Notes: generated by a model not told the origin, from the letters alone. DNA of 46,387 bases from Miltoncostaeaceae bacterium (GCA_030598395.1 JAUVPZ010000001.1:1-46387), one strand, 5' to 3'. Positions 10,685 through 19,900 are shown, numbered from the stretch's first letter. Numbers and translations: made by a program.

Positions 10685-12184
10685 TCAGCTCCGGGTCGCC
10701 GGGAAGAGGATGACCTCGCGGATCGAGGGACGCCCCGTCAGCAGCATCACCAGGCGGTCGATGCCCACCCCCAGACCGCCGGTGGGCGGCATGCCGTACT
10801 CCAGCGCGGCCAGGAAGTCGGCGTCGGACGGCGGGGCCTCCTCGTCGCCCGCCTCGCGCTCGGCCGCGAGCGCCGCGAAGCGCTCCCGCTGGTCGTCGGG
10901 GTCGTTGAGCTCGGTGAAGGCGTTGGCGATCTCCATGCCGCCCGCGAACGCCTCGAAGCGCTCCACGACGCCGGGGTCGTCGGCCCGCCGTTTCGCGAAC
11001 GGCGACAGCTCGATCGGGTAGTCCAGCACGATGGTGGGCTGGACCAGCGACGGCTCCAGCGCCTGGGCCAAGAGGCCGTCCACCAGCTTGGCCCACCCCG
11101 TCCCGTCGGGGGCGTCGTAGCCGCCGTCGCGCATCGCGGCGCGCAGGCCGTCGGCCTCGGCGTGCCGGCGCACGTCGATCCCGCTGGCCTCCCGCAGCGC
11201 CTCGCGCAGGTCGAGGCGGCGCCACGGCGGCGCCAGGTCGATCTCCTGCCCACCGAAGCTCACCGCGGTCGAGCCGGTGGCGGCCTCGGCGGCGTGGGAC
11301 ACCATCGTCTCGAGCATCGCGGCGACGTCGCGATAGTCGGCGTAGGCCTCGTAGGTCTCGAGCGAGGTGAACTCGGGGTTGTGCTTGAAGCTGACCCCCT
11401 CGTTGCGGAAGCTCTTGCCCAGCTCATACACCCGCTCGAGGCCGCCCACGATGCAGCGTTTGAGGTACAGCTCGGGGGCGATGCGCAGGAACAGGTCCCG
11501 CTCGAGCGCGTGATGGTGGGTGACGAACGGCCGCGCGGCGGCCCCGCCGTAGATGGGCTGCAGCGTCGGCGTCTCGACCTCCACGAAGCCGCGGTCGTCC
11601 AGGAAACGGCGGATCGCGGAGATGGCGCGGGCCCGCGCGACGAACGCCTCCCGCGTCCCGGCGTCGGCCATGAGGTCGAGGTAGCGCTGCCGGTGGCGGG
11701 TCTCGGGGTCGCGCAGCCCGGCGTGCTTGTCGGGCGGCGGGCGCAGCGCCTTGGCCAGCAGCACCACCGAGCGCAGGTCGACGCTCAGCTCGCCGCGCCG
11801 GGTGCGGGCCAGCGGGCCCTCCGCGCCGACCAGGTCGCCCAGGTCCCAGTCGTCCAGAGCGTCCATCCCGTCGTCGCCCAGGAGGTCGCGGCGGGCCCAG
11901 AGCTGGATGCGGCCGCTCGCGTCCTCGAGGTCGCAGAACGCCATGCGCCCCTGGCCGCGCTGGGCGACCAGACGGCCGGCCACGCGCACCGAGCCCTCGG
12001 CGGTCGATCCGGGCCCGAGGCCCTCGCCCATCGCGCGCGCCTCGGCGATGGTCCGCCGGCGGGCAAAGGCCGCTGGGAACGGGTCGACTCCCCGGGCGCG
12101 CAGGGCCCGAGCCTTGGCCCGGCGCTCGGCGATCAGTCGCGGAAGCCCCGCCTCGGCGGGGCCGTCGCGCCTAGCCGGCGTCAC
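10685..12184 (-). CDS. lysS: lysine--tRNA ligase, class II
   Basis: ORF 10685..12184, 499 aa: OB-fold N-terminal region then class II core motifs (FRNEG..., GGLGVGIDRLVMLLTG). The GTG start overlaps the greA 3' end by 14 nt. Confidence 0.93.
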   Translation of the reverse strand: MTPARRDGPAEAGLPRLIAERRAKARALRARGVDPFPAAFARRRTIAEARAMGEGLGPGSTAEGSVRVAGRLVAQRGQGRMAFCDLEDASGRIQLWARRDLLGDDGMDALDDWDLGDLVGAEGPLARTRRGELSVDLRSVVLLAKALRPPPDKHAGLRDPETRHRQRYLDLMADAGTREAFVARARAISAIRRFLDDRGFVEVETPTLQPIYGGAAARPFVTHHHALERDLFLRIAPELYLKRCIVGGLERVYELGKSFRNEGVSFKHNPEFTSLETYEAYADYRDVAAMLETMVSHAAEAATGSTAVSFGGQEIDLAPPWRRLDLREALREASGIDVRRHAEADGLRAAMRDGGYDAPDGTGWAKLVDGLLAQALEPSLVQPTIVLDYPIELSPFAKRRADDPGVVERFEAFAGGMEIANAFTELNDPDDQRERFAALAAEREAGDEEAPPSDADFLAALEYGMPPTGGLGVGIDRLVMLLTGRPSIREVILFPATRS

Positions 12185-12668
12185 CCGCCTCGATCTTGAG
12201 GATCTCGTAGACGATGGCCCCGCGCGGCGCGGGGATGGTGACCTTCTCGCCCACCTTGTGGCCCAGCAGCGCCTTGCCGACCGGGCTCTCGTTCGACAGG
12301 CGGCCGTTCTTCGGGTCGGCCTCGGAGGAGCCGACGATGGAGTACTCGATCATCTTCCGCTTCTTGCTGCGGCTCTTGGTGTCGCGAAGGGTCACATGCG
12401 CGCCCACGGAGACGCTCTCGGTGTTGACGTGCTCGGTGTCGACGATGCGGGCGTTGCGGAGCTTCTGCTCCAGCGACTGGATGCGCAGCTCCAGCTGCGC
12501 CTGCTCGTTCTTGGCGTCGTCGTACTCCGAGTTCTCCGAGATGTCGCCGAACTCGCGCGCTTCCTTGATGCGCTCGGCGACCGCGCGGCGCTTGACGGTG
12601 GAGAGGTGCTCGATCTCCTCCTTGAGCTTGGCGTAGCCGTCTTCGGTCAGGATGACTTCGCGGTTCAT
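12171..12668 (-). CDS. greA: transcription elongation factor GreA
   Basis: ORF 12171..12719, start placed at ATG 12668: MNREVILTEDGYAKLKEEIEHL...AREFGDISENSEYDDAK. SD GAGGAG upstream. Confidence 0.92.
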   Translation of the reverse strand: MNREVILTEDGYAKLKEEIEHLSTVKRRAVAERIKEAREFGDISENSEYDDAKNEQAQLELRIQSLEQKLRNARIVDTEHVNTESVSVGAHVTLRDTKSRSKKRKMIEYSIVGSSEADPKNGRLSNESPVGKALLGHKVGEKVTIPAPRGAIVYEILKIEAGDAG

Positions 12669-12687
12669 CGTCTCCTCGATCTCTCGC

Positions 12688-12726
12688 GGGGAGTCGCCTC
12701 CCCCACAGGAGAGCGGCACTCTCCTG
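12688..12726 (-). promoter_or_regulatory. two tandem perfect hairpins between the dus stop and the greA start (dus terminator and/or greA leader structure)
   Basis: Plus-strand coordinates. GGGGAG-TCGC-CTCCCC at 12688-12703 (on the minus-strand RNA the loop is GCGA, a GNRA type). CAGGAGAG-CGGCA-CTCTCCTG at 12706-12726 (8-bp stem). Confidence 0.5.
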
Positions 12727-12730
12727 AGCG

Positions 12731-12743
12731 GCGGAACGGTAAT
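12731..12743 (+). repeat. copy A of the intergenic motif GCGGAACGGTAAT
   Basis: Exact 13-mer shared with 25798-25810. The core CGGAACGGTAA also occurs in reverse complement at 24858-24868. Confidence 0.6.
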
Positions 12744-12760
12744 TCAGCCCGGCGGGTCGG

Positions 12761-13816
12761 TCAAGCGGGCACCGGGGCGGCGGCCCGGGGCCGGTGCAGA
12801 ATCGCAACCGCGCCCTCCACCGTGGGCTCGCGCTGCATGCGCCGGAGGGCACCGTCGTCGACCGGCTGCCCAGCCAGGTACCAGGGGTAGAACCTGCGCA
12901 TGTAGCCCACCGCGCGGTCGGGCCCCAGCGCCTCGACGACTTCGGCCGCAAAACACTCGATCTCGTCCACGACCTCGGCCAGCTCAGGTCTGGGTCGCAG
13001 CCGGCCAGACGCGATCTCGCCGAACGCCCACGGGTTGCCCAGGGCAGCTCGACCGATGGCCACCGCGGCCGCGCCCGCCCCCTCGACTACGCGAAGCGCC
13101 TCGCCCGGCGTGCCGATGTCGCCGCTGGCGATCACGGGGATCGACACCGCGGCCGCGACCTGCGCCGTGACGGCGTGATCGGCGGCACCCGAGTACTCCT
13201 CGGCCGCGGCGCGCGGATGCACGCACAGGGCGGCGGCGCCCGCCGCCTCGAGGCGCAGCGCGACGTCCACCGGCCGGGCCCGTGACGGCGTGGTGCCGCG
13301 GCGCATCTTCGCCATCACCGGGATGTCCACGGCTCGTGCCATGGCCTCGACGATCCCAGCGGCGCCGTCGGGGTCGTCCAACAGGGCGGCGCCCGCGCCT
13401 GTCTTGGTGATCTTGGGCACCGGACAGCCCATGTTGACGTCGATCAGGTCGGCGCCGGCCGCCTCGACGGCGCGCGCGGCCTCGGCCATGACGGCGCGAT
13501 CGGCGCCAAACAGCTGGATCGCCATGGGGGCCTCGCCGGGCAGCACGCGCAGCATCGCCAGGGTCCTCCGGTTGCCATGGTGCACGCCGTAGCTGGCCAC
13601 CATCTCCGACACGCACAGCCCCGCGCCGTGCCGCCGCGACTGACGGCGGAAGGCCCAGTTGGCGATGCCGGCCAGCGGCGCCTGCACCACCCGGTTCGGC
13701 ATGGCCACGCCGGCGATCCGGAACGGCTCGGCCAGCGGCCACGCGGCGCCCCCGTCGAGGGCCTCGGCCGGCTGTGCATCGCGAGCCGCCAGCACGCCCT
13801 TCATGCGCTTTCTCAC
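12761..13816 (-). CDS. dus: tRNA-dihydrouridine synthase
   Basis: ORF 12761..13816: ...VVQAPLAGI...CVSEMV...IDVNMGCPVPKITK...AKMR..., a Dus FMN TIM-barrel signature. The GTG start forms a GTGA overlap with the coaX stop (alternative ATG at 13804). Confidence 0.88.
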   Translation of the reverse strand: MRKRMKGVLAARDAQPAEALDGGAAWPLAEPFRIAGVAMPNRVVQAPLAGIANWAFRRQSRRHGAGLCVSEMVASYGVHHGNRRTLAMLRVLPGEAPMAIQLFGADRAVMAEAARAVEAAGADLIDVNMGCPVPKITKTGAGAALLDDPDGAAGIVEAMARAVDIPVMAKMRRGTTPSRARPVDVALRLEAAGAAALCVHPRAAAEEYSGAADHAVTAQVAAAVSIPVIASGDIGTPGEALRVVEGAGAAAVAIGRAALGNPWAFGEIASGRLRPRPELAEVVDEIECFAAEVVEALGPDRAVGYMRRFYPWYLAGQPVDDGALRRMQREPTVEGAVAILHRPRAAAPVPA

Positions 13817-14595
13817 CCCTCGCCGCCCTGCCCGTCGTTGAGCTCGTGCACCAGGCGCAGGCCGTCGAGGGTGAGCATGCGATCGTGCTCGTCGATCTCG
13901 TCCGACAGCTCGGACACGAGCGGCGCCAGGCCGCCGGTGGCGACCACGACCGCGGCGGGGTCCAGCTCGCGACGGAAGCGGGCCACCAGCCCGTCCACCA
14001 TGGCCACGGTGCCGAACACGGCGCCCGAGCGCATGCTCTCGGCGGTCGACTTGCCGATGGCCCGCGTCGGCGGCACGAGGTCGACGCTCAACAGGCGCGC
14101 GGCGCGGCTGCTGAGCGCCTCGAGCGACGTCTGGATGCCGGGCGCGATCGCGCCTCCCAGGTACTCGCCGGCCGCCGAGACGGCGTCGAAGGTGGTGGCC
14201 GTGCCGAAGTCGACCACGATGACCGCGCCCTCGTAGCGCCGGTGGGCGGCCACCGCGTTGACGAGGCGGTCCGCCCCCAGCTCGTGCGGGTTGTCGATGG
14301 CCAGCGCGATGCCCGTGCGCACGCCCGGGCCCACCACCAGCGCCGGCCGGCCCAGGTAGAGCTCCCCGAGGTGCTCGTACGAGGCGGTGAGCGCCGGCAC
14401 CACCGAGGAGATCACCATGTCGTCGACGTCGGTCAGGCTGCCCCCGCGCAGGCGCAGCACGCCCTCGTGACGCGCAGCCAGCTCGTCAGGGGTGGCAGAC
14501 CGTTCGGTGGAAAGGCGCCAGTCATGCAGGAGCTCCTCGCCGGAGTAGATCGCGGCGAGCGTCTCGGTGTTCCCCGCGTCGATGGCCAGCAGCAT
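13813..14595 (-). CDS. coaX: type III pantothenate kinase
   Basis: ORF 13813..14610. MLLAIDAGNTET... from ATG 14595 matches typical CoaX N-termini. The alternative ATG 14610 would overlap the upstream gene by 11 nt. Confidence 0.88.
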   Translation of the reverse strand: MLLAIDAGNTETLAAIYSGEELLHDWRLSTERSATPDELAARHEGVLRLRGGSLTDVDDMVISSVVPALTASYEHLGELYLGRPALVVGPGVRTGIALAIDNPHELGADRLVNAVAAHRRYEGAVIVVDFGTATTFDAVSAAGEYLGGAIAPGIQTSLEALSSRAARLLSVDLVPPTRAIGKSTAESMRSGAVFGTVAMVDGLVARFRRELDPAAVVVATGGLAPLVSELSDEIDEHDRMLTLDGLRLVHELNDGQGGEG

Positions 14596-14599
14596 GGGC

Positions 14600-14923
14600 C
14601 TAGTGCTCATCGGCGAGCTGGCGGGGCCCGCCCTCCTCGGCCCGAAGGAACTCCAGCGCCACGTCGTGCGAGGTGTGGATCTCCACGCTGGGAATGATGC
14701 GCGAGGGGCGGTGCCCGTCCCACACCCAGACGTCGCGCATCATGATGTGGAACAGCGGGTACGCCGACCCGGCGATCACGTCGCGCTCCACCTCGTTGCA
14801 GAGGTAGGTGCAGTCGTACGTCCGCACGCAGTACCGGAACAACGGATAGACGTGCGAGTACTCGCGGCGGAGTCGAAGCTCGAGCTCCGACTCGAACTCG
14901 TCGAGCTCCTCGGAGTGCGACAC
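14600..14923 (-). CDS. DUF2469 family protein
   Basis: ORF 14600..14944. Start placed at GTG 14923 (VSHSEELDEFESELELRLRREY...MRDVWVWDGHRPSR), preceded by AAGGGAAGGG. The pattern matches actinobacterial DUF2469 as I recall it. Confidence 0.7.
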   Translation of the reverse strand: MSHSEELDEFESELELRLRREYSHVYPLFRYCVRTYDCTYLCNEVERDVIAGSAYPLFHIMMRDVWVWDGHRPSRIIPSVEIHTSHDVALEFLRAEEGGPRQLADEH

Positions 14924-14969
14924 GTGGACCCTTCCCTTGCGCACCGGCCTGCGGCGCCGGCCGGGTCCC

Positions 14970-15485
14970 CTAGTCTAGTGCGCCCGCTCGCGGCACCCGC
15001 AGGGTTGCCGCCGAGCCCAGCACGGGCTGCTCTCGGGGGTCGAGCGCGTCGGCCAGGTCGCGCAGGGGCGTGCCGTCGGGCATCGCGAGGCCGGGATCGA
15101 GATCCAGGAGCGGCAGCAGCGCGAACCGTCGCTCCCGCAGGCGTGGGTGCGGAACCGACAGGCTCACGTCCCCGAAGGCTCCCCCCTCCCACAGCAGCAG
15201 GTCGCAGTCGATCGTCCGCGGCCCGAAGCGCGCGCCGGGCCGCCGGCCCACCCGCCGCTCCACCGACTTCGCCAGATCGAGCAGAGCCGGCGGATCGAGC
15301 GGCGTCGCAACCCGCGCGGCGGCGTTGAGGAAGTCGGGCTGGTCGGGCACGTCCCGCGGCGCCGTGCTGTAGACCGGGCTCACCGCCTCGATGTCCGCGC
15401 CCCCCTTGGCCAGCAGGTCGAGGGCCGCCTGCAGGTTGCGGGCGCGGTCACCCAGGTTGGAGCCCAGCCCCAGCCAGTACCTCAC
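14970..15485 (-). CDS. folK: 2-amino-4-hydroxy-6-hydroxymethyldihydropteridine diphosphokinase
   Basis: ORF 14970..15485: YWLGLGSNLGD...VSPVYSTAP...GPRTIDCDLLL...PHPRLRERRFAL. GTGA overlap with the folB stop. Confidence 0.9.
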   Translation of the reverse strand: MRYWLGLGSNLGDRARNLQAALDLLAKGGADIEAVSPVYSTAPRDVPDQPDFLNAAARVATPLDPPALLDLAKSVERRVGRRPGARFGPRTIDCDLLLWEGGAFGDVSLSVPHPRLRERRFALLPLLDLDPGLAMPDGTPLRDLADALDPREQPVLGSAATLRVPRAGALD

Positions 15486-15868
15486 GCGCCGGTCCGTGAG
15501 CGCCGCAGCGTCACGGCCGTCTCGGCGACGGGGTGCGGCAGGGCCACGTGCGGCTTTCGGACGGTCACCTCCACCGCCCGCGCCGCTGGCTGCTCGAGGG
15601 CACGCTCGGCGATCAGCCCGGCCAGGCGCTCGAGCAGCGACACGGACGGACCGGACACGATGGCGGCGACGTCGTCGGCCAGCGAGGAATAGTCAACGGT
15701 GTCCTCGAGGCGGTCCGACTCGGCTGCCTCGGCGCCCTGCAGATCGATGGCCACGTCAACCACGAAGCGCTGCCCCAGCTCGCGCTCCCCGGCGTGCACG
15801 CCGTGTCGCCCGAAGACCACGAGGCCGCGCAGCTCGACACGAATTTGGGGCTCCCCGCCGCCGTTCAT
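15482..15868 (-). CDS. folB: dihydroneopterin aldolase
   Basis: 3' 128 aa of ORF 15482..17527 from ATG 15868: IRVELRGLVVFGRHGVHAGERELGQRFVVDV...DTVDYSSL. ATGA overlap with the folP stop. Confidence 0.88.
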   Translation of the reverse strand: MNGGGEPQIRVELRGLVVFGRHGVHAGERELGQRFVVDVAIDLQGAEAAESDRLEDTVDYSSLADDVAAIVSGPSVSLLERLAGLIAERALEQPAARAVEVTVRKPHVALPHPVAETAVTLRRSRTGA

Positions 15869-16689
15869 GCCGCCGCGCTCACGGCGGTCCAGGTGCGGAC
15901 GGCGTCCACGGTCTCCTGCACGTCGTGCGCTCGCAGCACGTCGGCGCCGCGGGCCACGGCCGCCAGGCCCGCGGCCAGCGAGCCGGCCAGCCGCCCCTCC
16001 AACGGCCGGCCCAGCAGGCGCTGGAACATCGACTTGCGCGACACGCCCACCACCACGGGGTGGCCCAGCTCCCGAAGGACACCGATGCGGCCCAGCAGCG
16101 CCAGGTTGTGCGCCAGCGTCTTGCCGAACCCGATGCCCGGATCCAAGAGGATGCGCTCGCCCGGCACCCCTGCCGCCAGCGCCGCCTCCGCGCGGCCGGC
16201 CAGCACATCGCGCACCTCGCGCACCACGTCGGCGTACCGCGGCCCGTCCTGCATGGTGGCCGGCGTACCCTGCATGTGCATCAGGCACACCGCGGCCCCG
16301 CGTTCGGCGACGAGCGGTAGCAGGCGCGGGTCGTCGCGGCCGGCCGTCACGTCGTTCACCAGCACCGCGCCGGCGTCGAGTGCGGCCTCCGCGATCCGGG
16401 CCCGCGAGGTGTCGATCGAGATGGGAAGCGGCGCACCGCCGTCGCGCATGGCCCGAAGCAGCGCGTCGAGCCGCGCGAGCTGCTGGGCCTCGGGCACGGG
16501 CTCCGAGCCGGGCCGCGTGCTCTCGGCCCCCACGTCGCAGATGGCGGCGCCCTCCACCGCGATCGCCTCCAGGCGGGCCCAGGCAGCGTCCGGCGCCAGG
16601 TGGCGACCCCGGTCGAAGAACGAGTCCGGCGTGACGTTGAGCACGCCCATCACGCAGGGAGCTGTGAGCCACTCCGGCCGGCCGGACAC
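15865..16689 (-). CDS. folP: dihydropteroate synthase
   Basis: ORF 15865..16902. Start placed at GTG 16689 (alternative ATG 16650): MGVLNVTPDSFFDRG...DVGAESTRPG...INDV...DPGIGFGK...GVSRKS. Confidence 0.9.
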   Translation of the reverse strand: MSGRPEWLTAPCVMGVLNVTPDSFFDRGRHLAPDAAWARLEAIAVEGAAICDVGAESTRPGSEPVPEAQQLARLDALLRAMRDGGAPLPISIDTSRARIAEAALDAGAVLVNDVTAGRDDPRLLPLVAERGAAVCLMHMQGTPATMQDGPRYADVVREVRDVLAGRAEAALAAGVPGERILLDPGIGFGKTLAHNLALLGRIGVLRELGHPVVVGVSRKSMFQRLLGRPLEGRLAGSLAAGLAAVARGADVLRAHDVQETVDAVRTWTAVSAAA

Positions 16690-16750
16690 GCGCGCAGGGT
16701 AGCGGCGGCTGGCCAGGCGATACGCTGGCGGCCCACGACGGGGAGGCGCG

Positions 16751-17209
16751 GTGTACGAGACGTTGGTGTTCATCCATGTGGTCGCGGCGGCGCTCATCGT
16801 GGGCGCGGCGGCCCTGCTGTTCATACTCGAGCTGCGCGCCGTGGCCACCCGGGACGCGAGCCTGGCCGCCAAGAGGACGCGCTCGCTGGCCGATGCCGGC
16901 AACTACGCGGGCCCGCGCCTCGTCCTCCCCGCGGCGCTGGTGCTGGTCGCCTTCGGCGTCTGGGCCGCGGCCGACATCGACCTCGACTTCGGCGACAACC
17001 CCTGGCTGCACGTGGGCCTCGCCGTGTGGTTCATCGCCGTCTTCGTTGGCACACCCCTGCACGCGCTCAACGGCAAGAGCGTGGAGAAGGCACTGGACGC
17101 CGGCCGGCCGGACGCGGCGCGCCGTGTGCTGACGCGCGAGACCGTGGTCTCGGGCGCCGAGCTCGCGCTGCTGATCTTCGCCGTCTGGGCGATGGTCGCC
17201 AAGCCCTGA
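16751..17209 (+). CDS. small integral membrane protein (4 predicted TM helices, DUF2269-like)
   Basis: ORF 16751..17209 with hydrophobic helices, divergent from folP. The family assignment is from memory only. Confidence 0.6.
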   Translation: MYETLVFIHVVAAALIVGAAALLFILELRAVATRDASLAAKRTRSLADAGNYAGPRLVLPAALVLVAFGVWAAADIDLDFGDNPWLHVGLAVWFIAVFVGTPLHALNGKSVEKALDAGRPDAARRVLTRETVVSGAELALLIFAVWAMVAKP

Positions 17210-17355
17210 CCGGCGCGAGATGAGCCGGCTCGTCAGCCGCCGGCGCTTCCTGCCGACGCCGACCTGATCGGCTACCAGTCGCCGCGCGCCGGGTGGGTGG
17301 AGCGCCGCGGCAACTGGCAGGTTGTCGCCTCGGCCACGACCACCCTGCGGGCGAT

Positions 17356-17904
17356 CTACGGCTGACGCACCGGCGCGGGCTCGAGAGCGGCGATCTCGGG
17401 GAGGTTGCGGTAGCGCTCGCCGATGTCCAGGCCGTAGCCGACCACGAACACGTCGGGCAGCTCGAAGCCGGCGTAGCGGATGTCCACGCCGGCCCGCCGG
17501 TGGCCGGGCTTGACGAGCAGGGCGCACACCTCGAGCGAGGCGGGGCCTCGCGAGCGCAGGTTCTTGACCAGGTACGACAGCGTCAGCCCCGAGTCCACGA
17601 TGTCCTCGACCAGCAGCACGTCACGCCCCTCGAGCGGGGTGTCGAGGTCCTTGAGGATCCGCACCACACCGCTGCTGTGGGTGGCCGACCCGTAGGACGC
17701 GACCGCCATGAAGTCCATCTCGCAGGGCACCGTCATCCGGCGGATCAGGTCGGCGATGAAGACCACGGCGCCCTTCAGCACGCCGACCACGAGTACCTCG
17801 CGCCCCTTGTAGTCGTCGGAGATGGTCTCGGCCAGCTCCCCCACGCGCTGCTGCAGACGCTCGGCGCCGATCAGCACCTCGCCCGGCCGCGGCTCCTGGC
17901 TCAT
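17356..17904 (-). CDS. hpt: hypoxanthine phosphoribosyltransferase
   Basis: 3' 182 aa of ORF 17356..18699 from ATG 17904: ...VLVVGVLKGAVVFIADL...DVLLVEDIVDSGLTLSYL (PRPP-binding motif). ATGA overlap with the tilS stop. Confidence 0.92.
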   Translation of the reverse strand: MSQEPRPGEVLIGAERLQQRVGELAETISDDYKGREVLVVGVLKGAVVFIADLIRRMTVPCEMDFMAVASYGSATHSSGVVRILKDLDTPLEGRDVLLVEDIVDSGLTLSYLVKNLRSRGPASLEVCALLVKPGHRRAGVDIRYAGFELPDVFVVGYGLDIGERYRNLPEIAALEPAPVRQP

Positions 17905-19241
17905 CGCGGCACCGCCTCGAGGCGCAGTTCGGTGGCGGGCTCGCCGGGAGAGGCCAGCAGGTCGTGGGCCGCCCGATGGCCGGCCACCCAGACCGGGCGC
18001 TCGGCCGTGGCCACCACCGGCACGCGTTCTCGCCCTCGGGCCGGGACACCGGCCGTCGCGAGCATGCGGCCCACCGCCTGGCGTCCGCCCCCGGCCAGCG
18101 GCACCCGGTCGCCCGCGGCCGGGGCCCGCACCACCAGCGGCGCGTCGACCCGCAGCGCCACCCGGTCGGGGCGCGGCGGCCCGGCCACGCCGGCCCGTGC
18201 GGCGATCACCGCGTCGCCGAACCGCGCTCTGCCCGGGACGGGCAAGGGCGCAGGTGGCGGCGCGGGCCCCGCGTCGACGAACGCCACCAGCGCGCGCCGC
18301 TCCACGGCGACACCACCCCCCGGCACGTCGGCCCGCACGCCCCGGCGCGCGGCGTCGAGCGCCCGCTCCACGACCGCCCGCCCCACGGCGTCGCCGGGCA
18401 GGCCGGCATCGAGCAACAGGCGGCGCACCAGCAGGCGGCCGAGCGGCGGCGCCTCGGACAACAGCGCGTCGGCGGCCAGCCCGGGACCCCGCGCGCAGCG
18501 GGCCCACGCGGCGTCGACGAGGCTCTCGAGCACCTCGCCCTCGTCGCGGAGCGCGTCGGCCAGGCCCGCCACGTGGCGCTCGGCCCCCGGATGCACCGCC
18601 GCCAGGGCCGGCACCAGGCCGCCGCGCACGCGCGACCGGGCGTAGGCCGGGTCGCGGTTGGAGGGGTCGTCGACCACCTGGATGCCCCGGGCGGCGCACC
18701 AGGCCTCGGTCTCCTGGCGCGTGATCGCCAACAGCGGGCGCACCAGGTCGCCGCGTCGGGGCGCCATCCCCAGAGCGCCGGCGCGCCCGGTGCCGCGCGC
18801 CATGCGAAAGAGGACCGTCTCGGCCTGGTCGCTGGCCGTGTGGCCCGTTGCGATGGCCGCGCAGCGCTCCTCGGCCGCCACCCGGCGCGCTGCCACAAGC
18901 CGCGCATCGCGGGCGCGGGCCTGGACGCCGGCGCCCGGACCCAGGCTTAGCGACTCGATCCGTGCGCGGTGCCCCCAGGCGCGCGCCCTGAAGACCACCG
19001 CCTCGGCCTCCGCCGGCGACCCCGGCCGGAGTCCGTGGTCGAGCGTGAGCACCACGAGCGGGCCGTCGTGCACGGCGCCGAGCACGCCCATCAGGCAGGT
19101 GGAATCGGCGCCGCCGGACACCAGCGCCAGCACCGGCCGACCCGGCGGAAGCAGCCCATGCCGGCGGCAGTGCTCGCGCACGCGCTGCTCGAGGGAGGCG
19201 GCCACGCCCGCAGTATGCTCCCCGCTGCCGTGCCGCTCCAC
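17901..19241 (-). CDS. tilS: tRNA(Ile)-lysidine synthetase
   Basis: ORF 17901..19841. The upstream part overlaps the tlpA-like gene, so the start is placed at GTG 19241 (alternative GTG 19205). PP-loop motif LALVSGGADSTCL, ...GHTASDQAETVLFR. Confidence 0.85.
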   Translation of the reverse strand: MERHGSGEHTAGVAASLEQRVREHCRRHGLLPPGRPVLALVSGGADSTCLMGVLGAVHDGPLVVLTLDHGLRPGSPAEAEAVVFRARAWGHRARIESLSLGPGAGVQARARDARLVAARRVAAEERCAAIATGHTASDQAETVLFRMARGTGRAGALGMAPRRGDLVRPLLAITRQETEAWCAARGIQVVDDPSNRDPAYARSRVRGGLVPALAAVHPGAERHVAGLADALRDEGEVLESLVDAAWARCARGPGLAADALLSEAPPLGRLLVRRLLLDAGLPGDAVGRAVVERALDAARRGVRADVPGGGVAVERRALVAFVDAGPAPPPAPLPVPGRARFGDAVIAARAGVAGPPRPDRVALRVDAPLVVRAPAAGDRVPLAGGGRQAVGRMLATAGVPARGRERVPVVATAERPVWVAGHRAAHDLLASPGEPATELRLEAVPR

Positions 19242-19342
19242 CTGACGGCTCGCCGCGGGCTCGCGGTCTGCCGGGTGGACGTGAGGCGCTGGTCGACGTC
19301 GGCTGAGGCGCCGGGTACGCGCCGTGCGACGAGGTGGCCGGG

Positions 19343-19900
19343 CTACGACGAGGGCGCGGGGGCCTCCTGGGCCGTCCCGAGCTGATCCACGAACAGGTCC
19401 AGGTCGGCGCGCTTGATCTCGCCGAACCAGGTGGTGACCACGCGGCCCTGGGCGTCCAGGATCACCGTGACGGGAAGCCCCTGCACACCGAACTTGGCGG
19501 CCGCGCTTCCTTGCCGGTCGCTGGCCAGCTCGTAGGGGACGTCGAACTCCCGCGCGAAGCGGCGGCTGTCGGCCGGCGCGTCGTCGACCGCCACGCCGAC
19601 CACCCGGACCGCCGGCGTTTGCTCGGAGAACTCGACCAGGGCCGGTGTCTCGGTGCGACACGGACCGCACCACGAGGCCCAGAAGTTGAGCACCACCGGC
19701 GTGCCGGCCAGGTCGGCCGTGGTGAGCTCGCCCTCGCCGTCGAGGCGGGGCACGCTGAACTCGGGGGCCTCGCGCCGGTCGGCCGGCTCGTCGATGGGCT
19801 GGGCGAAGTCGCCGCTCTCGTCCCCGCCGCCGCGCGAGCACGCCGCGCCGGCCAACGCCACGGCGGCGACCAGCGCGATGATGACGGCGACGCGCCGCAC
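19343..19900 (-). CDS. TlpA/ResA-like thiol-disulfide oxidoreductase, secreted or lipid-anchored
   Basis: ORF 19343..19900: N-terminal signal-like segment ending ...LAGAACS, thioredoxin motif FWASWCGPC. Confidence 0.85.
   Translation of the reverse strand: MRRVAVIIALVAAVALAGAACSRGGGDESGDFAQPIDEPADRREAPEFSVPRLDGEGELTTADLAGTPVVLNFWASWCGPCRTETPALVEFSEQTPAVRVVGVAVDDAPADSRRFAREFDVPYELASDRQGSAAAKFGVQGLPVTVILDAQGRVVTTWFGEIKRADLDLFVDQLGTAQEAPAPSS

Noticed and set aside
17220-17365. A mini-ORF MSRLVSRRRFLPTPT* with a twin-arginine-like motif, followed in another frame by ...LIGYQSPRAGWVERRGNWQVVASATTTLRAIYG*. This could be the scar of a deleted Tat-secreted protein gene at the ftsH/folE synteny break.
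   Set aside because: It is only 15 codons long, has no convincing SD, and the second frame has no start codon. The resemblance to a Tat signal could be chance in Arg-rich sequence. It cannot be supported without homologs from related genomes.
15482-17527. A 681-aa minus-strand ORF and similar long Arg/Pro/Gly-rich ORFs (for example 17356..18699, 17901..19841 upstream part, 25448..26863 upstream part, 26790..28538 upstream part, 28403.. upstream part).
   Set aside because: Only the 3' segments carry recognisable domains (folB, hpt, tilS, hpnH, hpnA, shc). The 5' extensions run out of frame across neighbouring real genes. Starts were trimmed to the first sensible ATG/GTG at operon junctions.
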